Shown here: positions 1-10,461 of the stretch, piece after piece
Numbering within the stretch: the first letter of the stretch is position 1
Layout of the letters: the number at the start of each line of letters is the position of its first letter
DNA from: Stylophora pistillata
Lineage: Eukaryota
Reading direction: 5' to 3'
Length of the DNA: 64,000 nucleotides
Assembly: GCF_002571385.2 (NCBI RefSeq)
Contig: NW_019217788.1
Location: 1,768,866 to 1,832,865, forward strand
Translations under genes and position numbers: made by a program
The notes under the pieces: generated by a model
The model's database searches: none
Told to the model about the DNA's origin: nothing
Seen by the model: the letters and a program-made list of their open reading frames with translations, nothing else

Positions 1-92
1 TATTTTCTGCATTTGTTGTAAGTGAACAACTTCTTTTAATACAGAAAGTCATAATTGAATAAGTAATGTGAAGTCTTCTTTGTATCTGACAG

Positions 93-790
93 GCTCAAAG
101 CAGAATTCTCCCAAATAATGGTGGTGTTGATGTTCAATTTAAAGGAATGACTGGTGCATTTGTTCAGACAGTGAAAGTGAATGGAATCACTGGTTTGTGG
201 AGAGGTCTATCAGCTAACCTGCTGAAGGTGAGAATGATTGCCTCATCTTAGGCTGTACTCAACACCTCTGGACAGTTTTTTCCCAATATGAACCTCGTGT
301 CCAGTAACATAAACATCCGTACACTGGAAACTTAGTTAGGAATTCTGTGATTGAGACCTGCTCAGGTCTTTGTGTTGGGTTTGTGGACAAAATACTGAAC
401 TCCCATAGTTCCTTGGTCCACCAAAAAATGTAAATGGGTACCAAGAAACCTATGAGGGAAATCTAATTGGAGCTCTAGCCTATTCTAGGAAATAACTGCT
501 GATGGACCATGGTACCATTGAGGGGAAGAAACTTTACTTCTAGTTGCTTTGATGTTACCTTTTTTTCACCTTCTGTTTTTCCCATCTTAACCAACTTCTC
601 TTTTATGTAGATTGCTCCAAATGCTGGGATTATGTTTTTATCATTTGAATACAGTAAAAGAATATTCCTCTTCTACAATGGATTCACAGAGTCACCATTT
701 TCTCATGTTCCAAAAGTTTACGTTGATCAGAGTATGTCGCCAAAGGAATTGCGTCATCATGCTTTGAAGAAGAAAGGGCACAACAGATGA
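93..790 (+). CDS. SLC25A43: Mitochondrial carrier SLC25A43, last two coding exons (93-227, 611-790); gene begins upstream of the window
   Basis: AG/GT-bounded exons splice in frame to AQSRILPNNGGVDVQFKGMTGAFVQTVKVNGITGLWRGLSANLLK-IAPNAGIMFLSFEYSKRIFLFYNGFTESPFS...VDQSMSPKELR...*. This matches the distinctive SLC25A43 C-terminus as I recall it (GGVDV, GLW.GL.ANLLK, VDQS..P.EL). Confidence 0.88.
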
Positions 791-1774
791 CACAGGACAC
801 TAACCAAATGCTCCAGAGTGGCTAGCCTGTGGTAGACAGTAGTGTTTAAGAAGAATTTCTGTACAGCTTAAATTCTTAAATTGAAGTTTAGAAAGAAATT
901 GATCCCAAAATAACTTTTGATTTTATGGTGATATCAGAGAAATATATCTTTCATAGAATGCTCAGTTGTTAAATTACAAATTAAATTTATTTATTTAGTA
1001 CAATTTTGCCTTATGTCAACCAAACAATATTGGCAAGGTGGATAAATGTTTTATCTCCTTAAATTATGCTACTAAAGAACTGATTTGTTGGTTATATACG
1101 GTTATGACTAGGAAAAAGGTCCCTTCAACCCCTAATATGGTTGTCTAGTCTTACCAGAGAAGCATCTGTCTTAGAATGTTCAGTTCATCAAACTGCAAAC
1201 TGATGTTAGGGTATAGAGGATTGAGTCAGTGCTTCTCCCAGTTTGGAAAAATTAGGTCACAGCTTAATTAAAGAAAAAAAGTTATGTCTCGTCACAAGCT
1301 TAGGGGCAAGGGGTTTCCTTTAGTCAGAAGACAATTTGCACACAGGTAGGGCATAATCTACAATACAATTGCAGGGTTCATTAGTTTATTTCTGTGTATT
1401 TACACCACTTTAACATACTGAATCTAGTACATGAAGCACAGCCCAGAATATCTTACCAATCTAGGCCTCATTTCTAACATGACACAAAACGTGATTAATT
1501 AAAAAGCCATACTATACAAATCTCATTAATGCTTAAATACTGAAAAGTTTACATTTACCATTGCCTACACCATATTACGTTGCTTTTGTTAGCAGAAACA
1601 ATTCTCCCCATCAACTGTTCAAAGTCCAGTTGAAAATTTTCTGCCTTTTCTTAACATGCTTTTGTTGAAAATTAAAAAAACAAAACAAAACACACACAAA
1701 CAAATAATGAAGAAGAGAGCACCAGGAGAAATTCACATACAAACATGCCAGAGTAGAAAACAGAAAGAAAGAAA

Positions 1775-1932
1775 TTAACTTGATTGCCAACTTTGCTCAA
1801 CAATGGCGATGACTTTTTTCTCATACTCTCGTTTGTTCTCTTGGTAAAGTTGAGCAGCTAAGCTGTTAGCAGGACTATTTGGATTTGGCTCATCTAATAA
1901 TGACTGCAAGATAGAAAGTATATTATTAGATG

Positions 1933-1977
<45 letters not shown>

Positions 1978-4900
1978 AGTACACGAGGACAGACAACTTC
2001 GAGCTAAGAAAGGCATATACTCAAATAAAAAGTCTAAGAAAGTTTAATAAACTACGTTTCGGGCCGAGACCTTCATCAGTTCCACAGCGTCACTGTTGGC
2101 TCGAGGCCTCTTAACTTGTTATATATATATATATATATATAACACACTCAAACGAGACTTTCAGAGCTATCAATAAGAGCTACTTGCCCACCAAAACCAG
2201 CACCAGATCTGCCATTTTTAGCCAGCTACTTCCAACTCATTTTGCCATACTTAACAAAAAATTGTACAATTATTGAAATACTTTCGATAAAGTTTTCGTA
2301 GCAGCCATTTCCCAATTTGGGCAGAATTGAATACATAATTTACCAGTAACTGGTTTAGGTGTGATAATCATGTGAACCTCCCTGGTGGAATTGCACTGTG
2401 TTCACCCCTACCTTATACCGTGTTTGCCCCCACACTTTTCGAGTCTGACCCTACCAAGTCAAGTTCACCCCCAGATTGAGTAATGTCCAGATGAGTTGAT
2501 TTGTGACAAAAATTGCTCAAGATTGAGGGCACTAGCAGATAGCACCAAATGTCAAGTCAGCAACAACCATTCTGAATTTAGGCAATTGCATGGAATCTGC
2601 TTGGGAACTGGGTTGGCGGAATCAACTAAATACTCTGTGTGGGATCTGGGGTTTACCAAAAACAATGGTATATATACTGAAGTTGTGATAATGTGAATCA
2701 CACTGTCTTAAATCAAAACATTGCTTAACTTATTATTTGGACTGGAAAAGATGAGAAACAACCTCGGTTAATCTAACGAACATGAAATGTGTCTATCGTA
2801 ACAACCACACTTGAGAAGATGCAAACCACACTTTCATCACAACAGCACTGCTTAAGTTGTTAGACTTATAATAAACGTGTAACAGTTTTAATGATACTTA
2901 CCTCGTTTCGCTTTATTCAAGAAAATAAGATTGAAGAATTTACAAAACCATGATTAGATCATGCTTTTGATTATTTAAGACTTAATAAGAGAATGCATTC
3001 CACACTTCATAGGGTTTTTAATCGTAGCAACCAGACTTGAGAAAATGCAAACCTTGCTTTCCTTGCGACAATGACTTGTAACAAATGTGTAAAATTTTTA
3101 CTGATACTTCGCTTAACTTTATTTGTGAATGTAAGACTCACACTTGATAATTTTTACCAACAGACTTAAAGTTAATTTATTTATTGTTTCAGGTTGCCCC
3201 AGCTCCCACACACATAAACTTTCAAAATGGCTGTCAGCCAATTAAAATTCAAAACTTGTCTTGGTTTTAACTTATTTGTAATTTTCAACAGAAACTAATT
3301 TAGGCATTACTCAATCTGGGGGTGAACTCAAATTGGTGGGGTCAACCTCAAAAATATTGGGGGCAAAACATGGTATAAGGTTGGGGCAAACTCGATAGGG
3401 GGCAAATGCGGTGGATACCCCATGGTGATTCTGATAGTTGAGTCATGAAAATGCAGAGGGACTTTAGAAAATGTTTTGGCCAAGGCAGCTTTGGTAAAGC
3501 TCTTCACAATAATCAATCATCATTCATAACAAGACCCTATGTTACTGGAACACAAACCTGTATTGAAGTAAGAATTGCTGCCACATCATATGTAGGACTC
3601 CATCTGTTTTGAAGAATATCTAAGCAAATGCCTCCATCAGCATAAACTGAAAGATAAGTCATTGAAGAAAGTAGTTAATAACTTTCCCACTTTATTGTAA
3701 TTAAAAATACATTGTTGATCATATATGTGCAGTCTGAGGCATGGATTGGACTTTCTCAGTTCAAGCAGTAATGTTGTGTTCTTACTGGCTGAAAGGGAAA
3801 ATTGCATGTTATGTATTGGGAGTAGAAAGGTAGAAGGTAATAAATACCTCTAACCTAGTTCAAGGTCTATACTGTAAGTTATGGACTGAGTATTATCTGC
3901 TCAGATTTATGGTCCACGTGAGCAGTGTGCAGTCTATAGATTTCATCAGAAAAAGTTGTTCCATATCTCACAGTATGCATGAAGAAAATTAGGTAAGTTA
4001 GATATTCATTAATAATTTTTTCTCAGTTCATCAGCTGGCAGTATTCTACAAATCCTGCCATCTGATTAGTTCTGAGAGTGTGCAGTATTCTGCCATCCAG
4101 CCTGCTAAATTGTTCAGTTTATGGAGGATCTTCTTGTAATTAAAATCATAATTGTAGTCCAAAATCATTTGTGTCCTTTTGGCAAGCATTTTGTTAAGTG
4201 TTACAAAAATATAAAAGTGTTATTCACCAGCCTAGGTCAATCCATATTGGGAAAAACTGTGCCCTCTATCTTGAGTACCCTCTGAGGTTCTAGGCCGAGA
4301 GCAGTATCCAAAACCTCTGGCACAGTTTTTCCCAATACGGACCTCCCAGAAAGTGAATAATATATATGTCTCTGGGTTCAAATAGAGAGGGAAGATTTCA
4401 AATCAAACAAACTTCTCAATTCAGTGTGCCAAACAGCAAAATGTTATCAGTTAAATTAACCACGTGTAGAGCACATACTAAATGGTGAATGTGAACCCTC
4501 ACTGGAGCCACTCTGACAGTGACTTCCACACTACTGTCGACAGTCCTTTTGAGCACTACTCTCACCAAAATGATCCACCTGAACTATTAAATGGGAATCA
4601 CTGGGAGCTCTATTCACTTGTTAATGTGTGGCAATGATTGTTGTAGACTGACATTGACTAATTACATAAACTCACAACACACATGAAGAAATACTATGTC
4701 AGTTATCCATATTTACTGTAACATCTACTGGTAGATACATGTTGTTAAAGTGTGAAAAAGAGAGGCTAAGGTTTGTCATCGATGAGTTACATAACAAGAA
4801 TGTCTTATCATTTTTCTTGCAATTTTAGAAATTCATGATGTAGATTGTGAGTCATTAGCACAAAAATGAAACTGCAATAGTACTTTTCTTCACAGTGCCA

Positions 4901-5840
4901 TTTCCATCCCAACTTCATACATCAAAATAATATCGTCGATTGTCAAAGCTAAAATTGTTTTGATACTAGTTAACACATAGGTAGTGGTAGTAATGATGTA
5001 TTAAAACTCTTTAGAGCCACCTTAAAGTTTATTTCAGAACACCAGCCTGTGTGGTCTATTACTTCACTTGGTGAAATTTATTTCAGTCGTAAAATTGTTA
5101 GTAAAAAAATACGATCCGTTTACAGTCTCAATATAAACGAAATGAAAGACCGCACGACCATCTTTAGAAGTGAGTCTAAGATAACTAGTGTTCAGACAAA
5201 AGCAACACTTACCGTTAGGATGAAACATTTTTGAAATAAATTTAACAGTAGGTGCTTTATTGGGGTATTCTTCGGTGAATTCCATGGTTAGTCTAAATGT
5301 TCCTGTGGCGAAAAACACGAGTCTTAGAAATATACTACAATTTCAAGACGTACAGACAAAATCGACGAAAAGACATTGAAGTTTCATCTTGTACAGGATT
5401 TAAAAATGGGAGGAAAGCAAAACAGTTGGATTGAAAACAAACCTCCTTCAAACGGAGTGTCGTCTGGTCTGGGTAAGAGACAAAAAGCAAAGCGTTAGAA
5501 AGAAAAACTTTCAGCCTGTCTCCGATGATAACTTTCCCTAGACATTCTGATCTCCACTTACCCGAAAATAACTGCATTCCACAACATTATATTGTTTTCT
5601 GTCGGAGCACCGGTAACTCCAGTAGGGGGGTCATCTTGAAGCCTAGGAAATGATGAAAGAGATGAACGCACATTGCAGGCATATACAGTCAACAAGAACA
5701 TTCAACACGAAACCATCTTCACAACCAAATTTGCGACAGCAACTGGTCCGTGTGTAGAGACAAAGGTACTTAAAATAGCGAGGAAAGGTGCCTTACTTTT
5801 TAAAATCTCTCATTAGGCGTCTTCTAGCCGAAGTTGTCAT
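1775..5840 (-). CDS. UBE2A: Ubiquitin-conjugating enzyme E2 A/B (Rad6), 6 exons: 5797-5840, 5562-5642, 5443-5468, 5213-5302, 3558-3646, 1775-1903
   Basis: Exons of 44+81+26+90+89+129 nt = 459 nt (152 aa + stop) with GT-AG junctions. Translation [14 protein letters not shown]...[26 protein letters not shown]...[13 protein letters not shown]...EQSW; catalytic Cys in GICLDIL. Confidence 0.97.
1935..1973. repeat. (TA)n microsatellite (second run about 2120-2140)
   Basis: Directly visible perfect TA run in the last UBE2A intron. Confidence 0.95.
4030..4362. mobile_element. Non-autonomous repeat with terminal imperfect palindrome; related fragments at about 240-310 and 19405-19590
   Basis: ttattcacc...attgggaaaaactgtgcc...ggcacagtttttcccaata...gtgaataa fold-back. 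The motif tattctacaaatcctgc.atctgatt.gttc is shared with 19411. Confidence 0.6.
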
Positions 5841-5928
5841 GCTAGATTTTGGTTGAATAACAACACAAAATTCACTGACTTGTAGTTCACTGGCTCACTA
5901 CAATTTGCGATCGAAGTATCGAGACCTG

Positions 5929-6006
5929 TGACGTCATCTACCGTGTCATCGTCTTATGATGCAATCTGCTGACCGGAATTGAAAGTGAAAAAAGTAAACC
6001 GAAAGT
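5929..6006 (+). promoter_or_regulatory. CRE (TGACGTCA 5929-5936) plus Ets/IRF composite cluster GGAATTGAAAGTGAAA...AAACCGAAAGT (5975-6006) in the divergent UBE2A / Mab21-1 promoter region
   Basis: Literal matches to the CRE, EICE (GGAANNGAAA) and ISRE (GAAANNGAAA) consensus sequences; function untested. Confidence 0.4.
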
Positions 6007-7227
6007 TGTCCTTATGAATAACTCGGCCTGAAAACAAGATTTGGTGTTAAGAGAGGACGATATCATGGCATGGTCTCTTTGTCATGACTTAGTTTTGAAT
6101 GTCTTCCAAAGTTTAGTGCATTTTTTTTGCCATCTTTTCTTTCCCAGTAAGGAAGTTTTCGCTCCAGCACAGAGGACACTTTACCATCTCTTGCTTTTGA
6201 AAAACTGATAAACCTTTCTTCTTCTCGTCATTTGAATTTCCTAAAATAAAAGCGCATCATCACAGATCATTTGCAGAATATAAACATAAAAAAATATCAT
6301 TCTTCTTTGGTATCATGTAATGATCTCAAATGAAAATATTTATTTCACGTGTTAAGATAATCATTTGAAAATTGGCTATGAAAGCCTACACAGAAAAACT
6401 TCCGGCAATATTTTCGGTTTCCATGAATTCAAGGGTTTCATCTGATTGTAGGATGCGATTTCTCTTCTTTTCTTAAATCGAAAACAGTTTTTAAAAAGTG
6501 GGAAATGAAGTCTCTTGAATTTGATTATTGATACACTTTTTAAAAGCTGATGAAGAACGAGAAAAAACATAAGAGTGGATTTTACCGGTGCAACTTACCA
6601 AGAAAGATCTATGTCTGTCAATTTACCGATGAAAGACGGGGGAATGAAAAGAAACTCTAAAAAACAGCACAACGAAAAGCAATTCATTTATCATTAAATT
6701 AAAAGCATTTCGGAAAGTATCTTAGCAACTACCAACTATTTTGTTTCTGTCCGTCTGCTTAATTTATTCTTGAGAAACTATCAAAGGGTCATTTTACCCT
6801 CAACAGACATAATCTGTCTGCAAAGAAGGGCTCTCTTCAGTATTTATTTGTCATTTTGAGAAACTTCGTGTATATAAGTTGTCTTCTGCATTTTGTCAAG
6901 GTTTAGCCCAAATTGAAGCATTAGCGTAATTATAAATTGATAGCAAGAAAAAAAAAAACCGAAGAGGAATTTCTTTTATTTTTTCTAATAATTCTAATGC
7001 GCAGAATATGAAAATGAGAGGAGCGAACGTTTTAAACTGCAGCTCGAAGGCGCGACACGAGTGCCAAAATACCCGTTAATGTGGTCATTTGCGTCTCCAA
7101 GCTGCATGTTTAAGTCACGTGACTACGTCTCGACAGGTGAAAGGTGTTTGAACAGTTGCTGTTTACACGCGGAGAATATTAACACAAATTTTCATTCAAA
7201 ATAGCTTTTCTTGCCGTTCAAAGCAAA

Positions 7228-8502
7228 ATGAAAGCGTTCAAGACGAGAAGCGAAACGGGGAATAGAAATGGAAATGATAGGAGCTATATGCGACGATTTC
7301 CTTCCGATTCTGACCTTTACAGGAAAGTCCTACAAAAAAAGGCTATGTCGCATGCAAATCTGCATAAAAGGTTCGCTTCTTGTACGCAGTTAAACAAGCT
7401 ACCGTCGCCCCAGCACCATCAAAACTGCAAAGAATATAAATATGAAGAGAAGCTTACTAGCGAGCTTAACAGGTTTTATTCCCGTCGGGTCAGGCAGACA
7501 AGAGCTGAGGTCAAACGAAACAAACAACTGGCTTTTTCTCTCACGTTTAAAATGTTGATTAATGCTCAAGTCGTTAACGATCGCTTTACGGTCGGGGGAA
7601 TTCTACGCAGTGGGGCAAGTTACGGCGACATGGTGGAGATAGAAAGTGATCGGTTTGAGTTTGGTGTCCCTGTGTACCTCGATGAAAATGCAAGCTTTTC
7701 CATCCATCGTGCCGAAGAAGATGGCTTTGTGAGACTGCAACTTGATGATTGCGAAACTTGGGAAGATTGTCTTGACGACGATGGATTTCTCTCGGCAAAT
7801 CTGGTTCGGTCCAAGCTTCACTTAACAATGAAAAACACTTTGAAATCCCTAAAAAATAACATTGAAGAAGGAAGCGATGAGTATCCAAATGATGTCCAGG
7901 ATGTGGATATTTTCTGCGAAGGTTCAACTATACTTCTACAAATAAAAGAGATAAGTGGATTCATAGTAGTAGAGTTGATCCCCACGATTGTGATATCACG
8001 GGAAAATTTGGAGTGGTGTCGGAGATTTTCCAAATCTGCGCCACCATCTTTCGTTGCCGGTAAAGCGTGTCCTTTGCCTTTGAGTGATCCGGAAACGCTT
8101 TGGCAATTGTCATTCTCTTCTGCCGAAAAGCAAAAATTCCGCACTTTGGGTACAACGAAATATCGTTTGTTTTTAACATTGGCTGAAATAAGAGGGCGTG
8201 ATAAAACTCTGCGAGAGTTGTCGCTGTACCATTTACAAACCGTTCTGTTCCATATTGGGGATCTGATCAGTGATCCAATGAAATGGAGTAAGGATAAGAT
8301 GGGGGAGCGTTTCTTGGATGTACTTCGCTGTTTGAAAAAATTTCTAGAAAATAAAAACTGTCCGCATTACTATATGCCGAATAACAATCTATTTGCAAGT
8401 GTTAATGCTGTCACTATTGCTACTCTCAAGGACAGGCTGAGGAAAATGGTAAAACCAACATGTGTAGCTTGTGGCGTGGCGACAATTTGTAACAGTGACT
8501 GA
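7228..8502 (+). CDS. Mab-21/cGAS-like receptor (cGLR) family nucleotidyltransferase-fold protein, intronless (Mab21-1)
   Basis: 424 aa ORF with family motifs SGASYGDM...RFEFGVPVYL, WEDCLDDDGFLSA, IVVELIPTI, WQLSFSSAEK, LSLYHLQTVLFH, W....GERFLDVL..L...L....CPHYYMPNNNLF. Confidence 0.9.
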   Translation: MKAFKTRSETGNRNGNDRSYMRRFPSDSDLYRKVLQKKAMSHANLHKRFASCTQLNKLPSPQHHQNCKEYKYEEKLTSELNRFYSRRVRQTRAEVKRNKQLAFSLTFKMLINAQVVNDRFTVGGILRSGASYGDMVEIESDRFEFGVPVYLDENASFSIHRAEEDGFVRLQLDDCETWEDCLDDDGFLSANLVRSKLHLTMKNTLKSLKNNIEEGSDEYPNDVQDVDIFCEGSTILLQIKEISGFIVVELIPTIVISRENLEWCRRFSKSAPPSFVAGKACPLPLSDPETLWQLSFSSAEKQKFRTLGTTKYRLFLTLAEIRGRDKTLRELSLYHLQTVLFHIGDLISDPMKWSKDKMGERFLDVLRCLKKFLENKNCPHYYMPNNNLFASVNAVTIATLKDRLRKMVKPTCVACGVATICNSD

Positions 8503-8527
8503 GGCCAGGGGATAGGAAATGGCCATT

Positions 8528-8650
8528 CGTGGTCACTCGCCTTCCCTCGTGGTCATTCGGGGCTGGGTCGTGGTCACTTACGGTCAGTCGTGGTCATTCG
8601 ACGTCATTCGTGGCAGTTCGTAATTATTCGTGGTTACCCGTGGTCCCTTT
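8528..8650 (+). repeat. Degenerate tandem repeat of (C)GTGGTCA(C/T)TC units
   Basis: Several visible gtggtcactc/gtggtcattc-like units just 3' of the Mab21-1 stop. Confidence 0.7.
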
Positions 8651-9433
8651 TATGTGCGTATGCCCTTTTATATGCCCTTTTATTTGCTGTAGAGGCAATC
8701 CTATATATCATGTCTTGGCTTGTCTGAATAAGGTAACCAAGTCCTAGCTGTGAGAAGAATGGGGACAGAGGGAGTTGTTTAGGAAGAATATTACACTTTC
8801 GACTTTCGTATTCTTTGCGATGCTACCAATCGAGATTCTCGTAAGCGGTTGTTTCCAACTTAACAGTGAAAGGATATTTCTTGTGAGGTGTGAAGCCATT
8901 TTTCAAACTGGTAAGTAAATTGCTGTGAACTTTGGCTTCTTAAAGATAGCGAACTGTGGGCATGTAAACTAAAAATATAGTGACAATTCAGTAAGGATTT
9001 CAGACCGTGTTTTGACTTCGAATCCCATCTCGGTTTAGTCGTTTAGAGTTTGAACAAAGTCATAGCTTTATAATTAAGCATAGTTTTAATTCAGTCGTGT
9101 CAGTGTGTCCGACACATACAGAGCCGTTGTAACACAAATATTTGCTCCTCTCTAGTTTTTATTCTGTAAGATTAACGCATGATATTCATCATATATGGCT
9201 TCGTTTTAGCGTCAAAATATGAAACTTTTGATCGACCATTTATGTTCCTAATTAGTAATATAGCCGAAGGATTTTGTACCATGCTTAAGTGTCTCCTGCT
9301 TTTATTTCGTTGCCTTGTTTGTGGTTTGATGTTAAGAGAATAGAAGGTGAATCACACAGCTAGTCACAAGTAATAAATCTATTCTGTTGAAATTGAATTG
9401 ATGGAAAGTCTAATATATACTGTTTTGGCTCTC

Positions 9434-9480
9434 TATTTCCGCGCTCACTTTCGGTAATATTAAGGGACTTTCCCCAGGAA
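9434..9480 (+). promoter_or_regulatory. NF-kB site GGGACTTTCC (9464-9473) with adjacent IRF-like motif, upstream of HEPN-STAND copy 1
   Basis: Exact canonical kB decamer. The same block recurs at 21890 and 29490 upstream of the paralogues. Confidence 0.7.
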
Positions 9481-10461
9481 TCTTACACTTTTATGAAATG
9501 TTCGATCAGTGACCTTATCCTAACTTTTGTCGGCCGGAAATAATGGAAATTTATGTGAATTTGATAATATACTCAAGAAATATAGTAGCCAACTCTGGAA
9601 ATCTTTGCTCTTCTTTCACGAGGGGAATAAGTCATAACGCGTTTAGAATTGAGATGATTTGTTGTTGACCTACGGTAATGATTTATGTTCCCTGCAGAAG
9701 GAAATAAGCTTCAAATTGTTTAAGCTACGCCGAAAATGTCGGTAAAACTTATTAATTCTCTGCTGATATCACGAGAAATGGGTGGTGCATTTTAAATCCA
9801 AAATTTGTTGCTCAGTAAACTTAATATTTCGTGACATTGCAATGAAGTATTGTTCGGACTTAAATCGACGCTGAGGACTACGGGAAATTGTTCATGTAAC
9901 AAAGAGAGCGGTTGTACTTTTTGTTTTGTTTTCTCTTATTTGGTTTTGTTTATCTCTAATTGTGCAGAGACAGTAAATACCGAGTGTAAGCTAGAATGCC
10001 AAGAGCCTAGTAGCCTCACCAGCCGTGCTTTAGGATTTACGCATTGCTCCTTTAGCTGAGCAGGGGCGTTGCGTGACATTCCAAATACGAGCTGCCCGCC
10101 ATTCGCCCTTGCTCTGGCGAATGACCAACGCTCGAAACGTTGGCAGGATTGGTTATTTCCAGGTCCTCCTAAGATCTTCAAAAGCTTCGCCCCGAAGGGA
10201 AAGAGAAAGAAGCAACAAAATTAAATTTATCGTAGAGATACTTAAAGTTCGTTGGAAAATTTTCAATAGTTAAAGTATTTAAGGTTGTCTCTCCCGGATT
10301 GATTGGTAGTGTTTCGTTTTAGAGCTTTCTTTGGACGTCATCAAAACTTCCTTTTCTTTTCAGATACAAGCCTTAGTAAACTGAATATGCTTTGGATAGA
10401 CTGACATGATGTAAACAAGATTATGGGTTGTTAGCTGAATATATGCGCCGAATTCCTTGCT

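Noticed and set aside
8528-8650. CRISPR-like repeat-spacer pattern
   Set aside because: The units are about 10 bp, degenerate and irregularly spaced, in a eukaryotic context with no cas genes.
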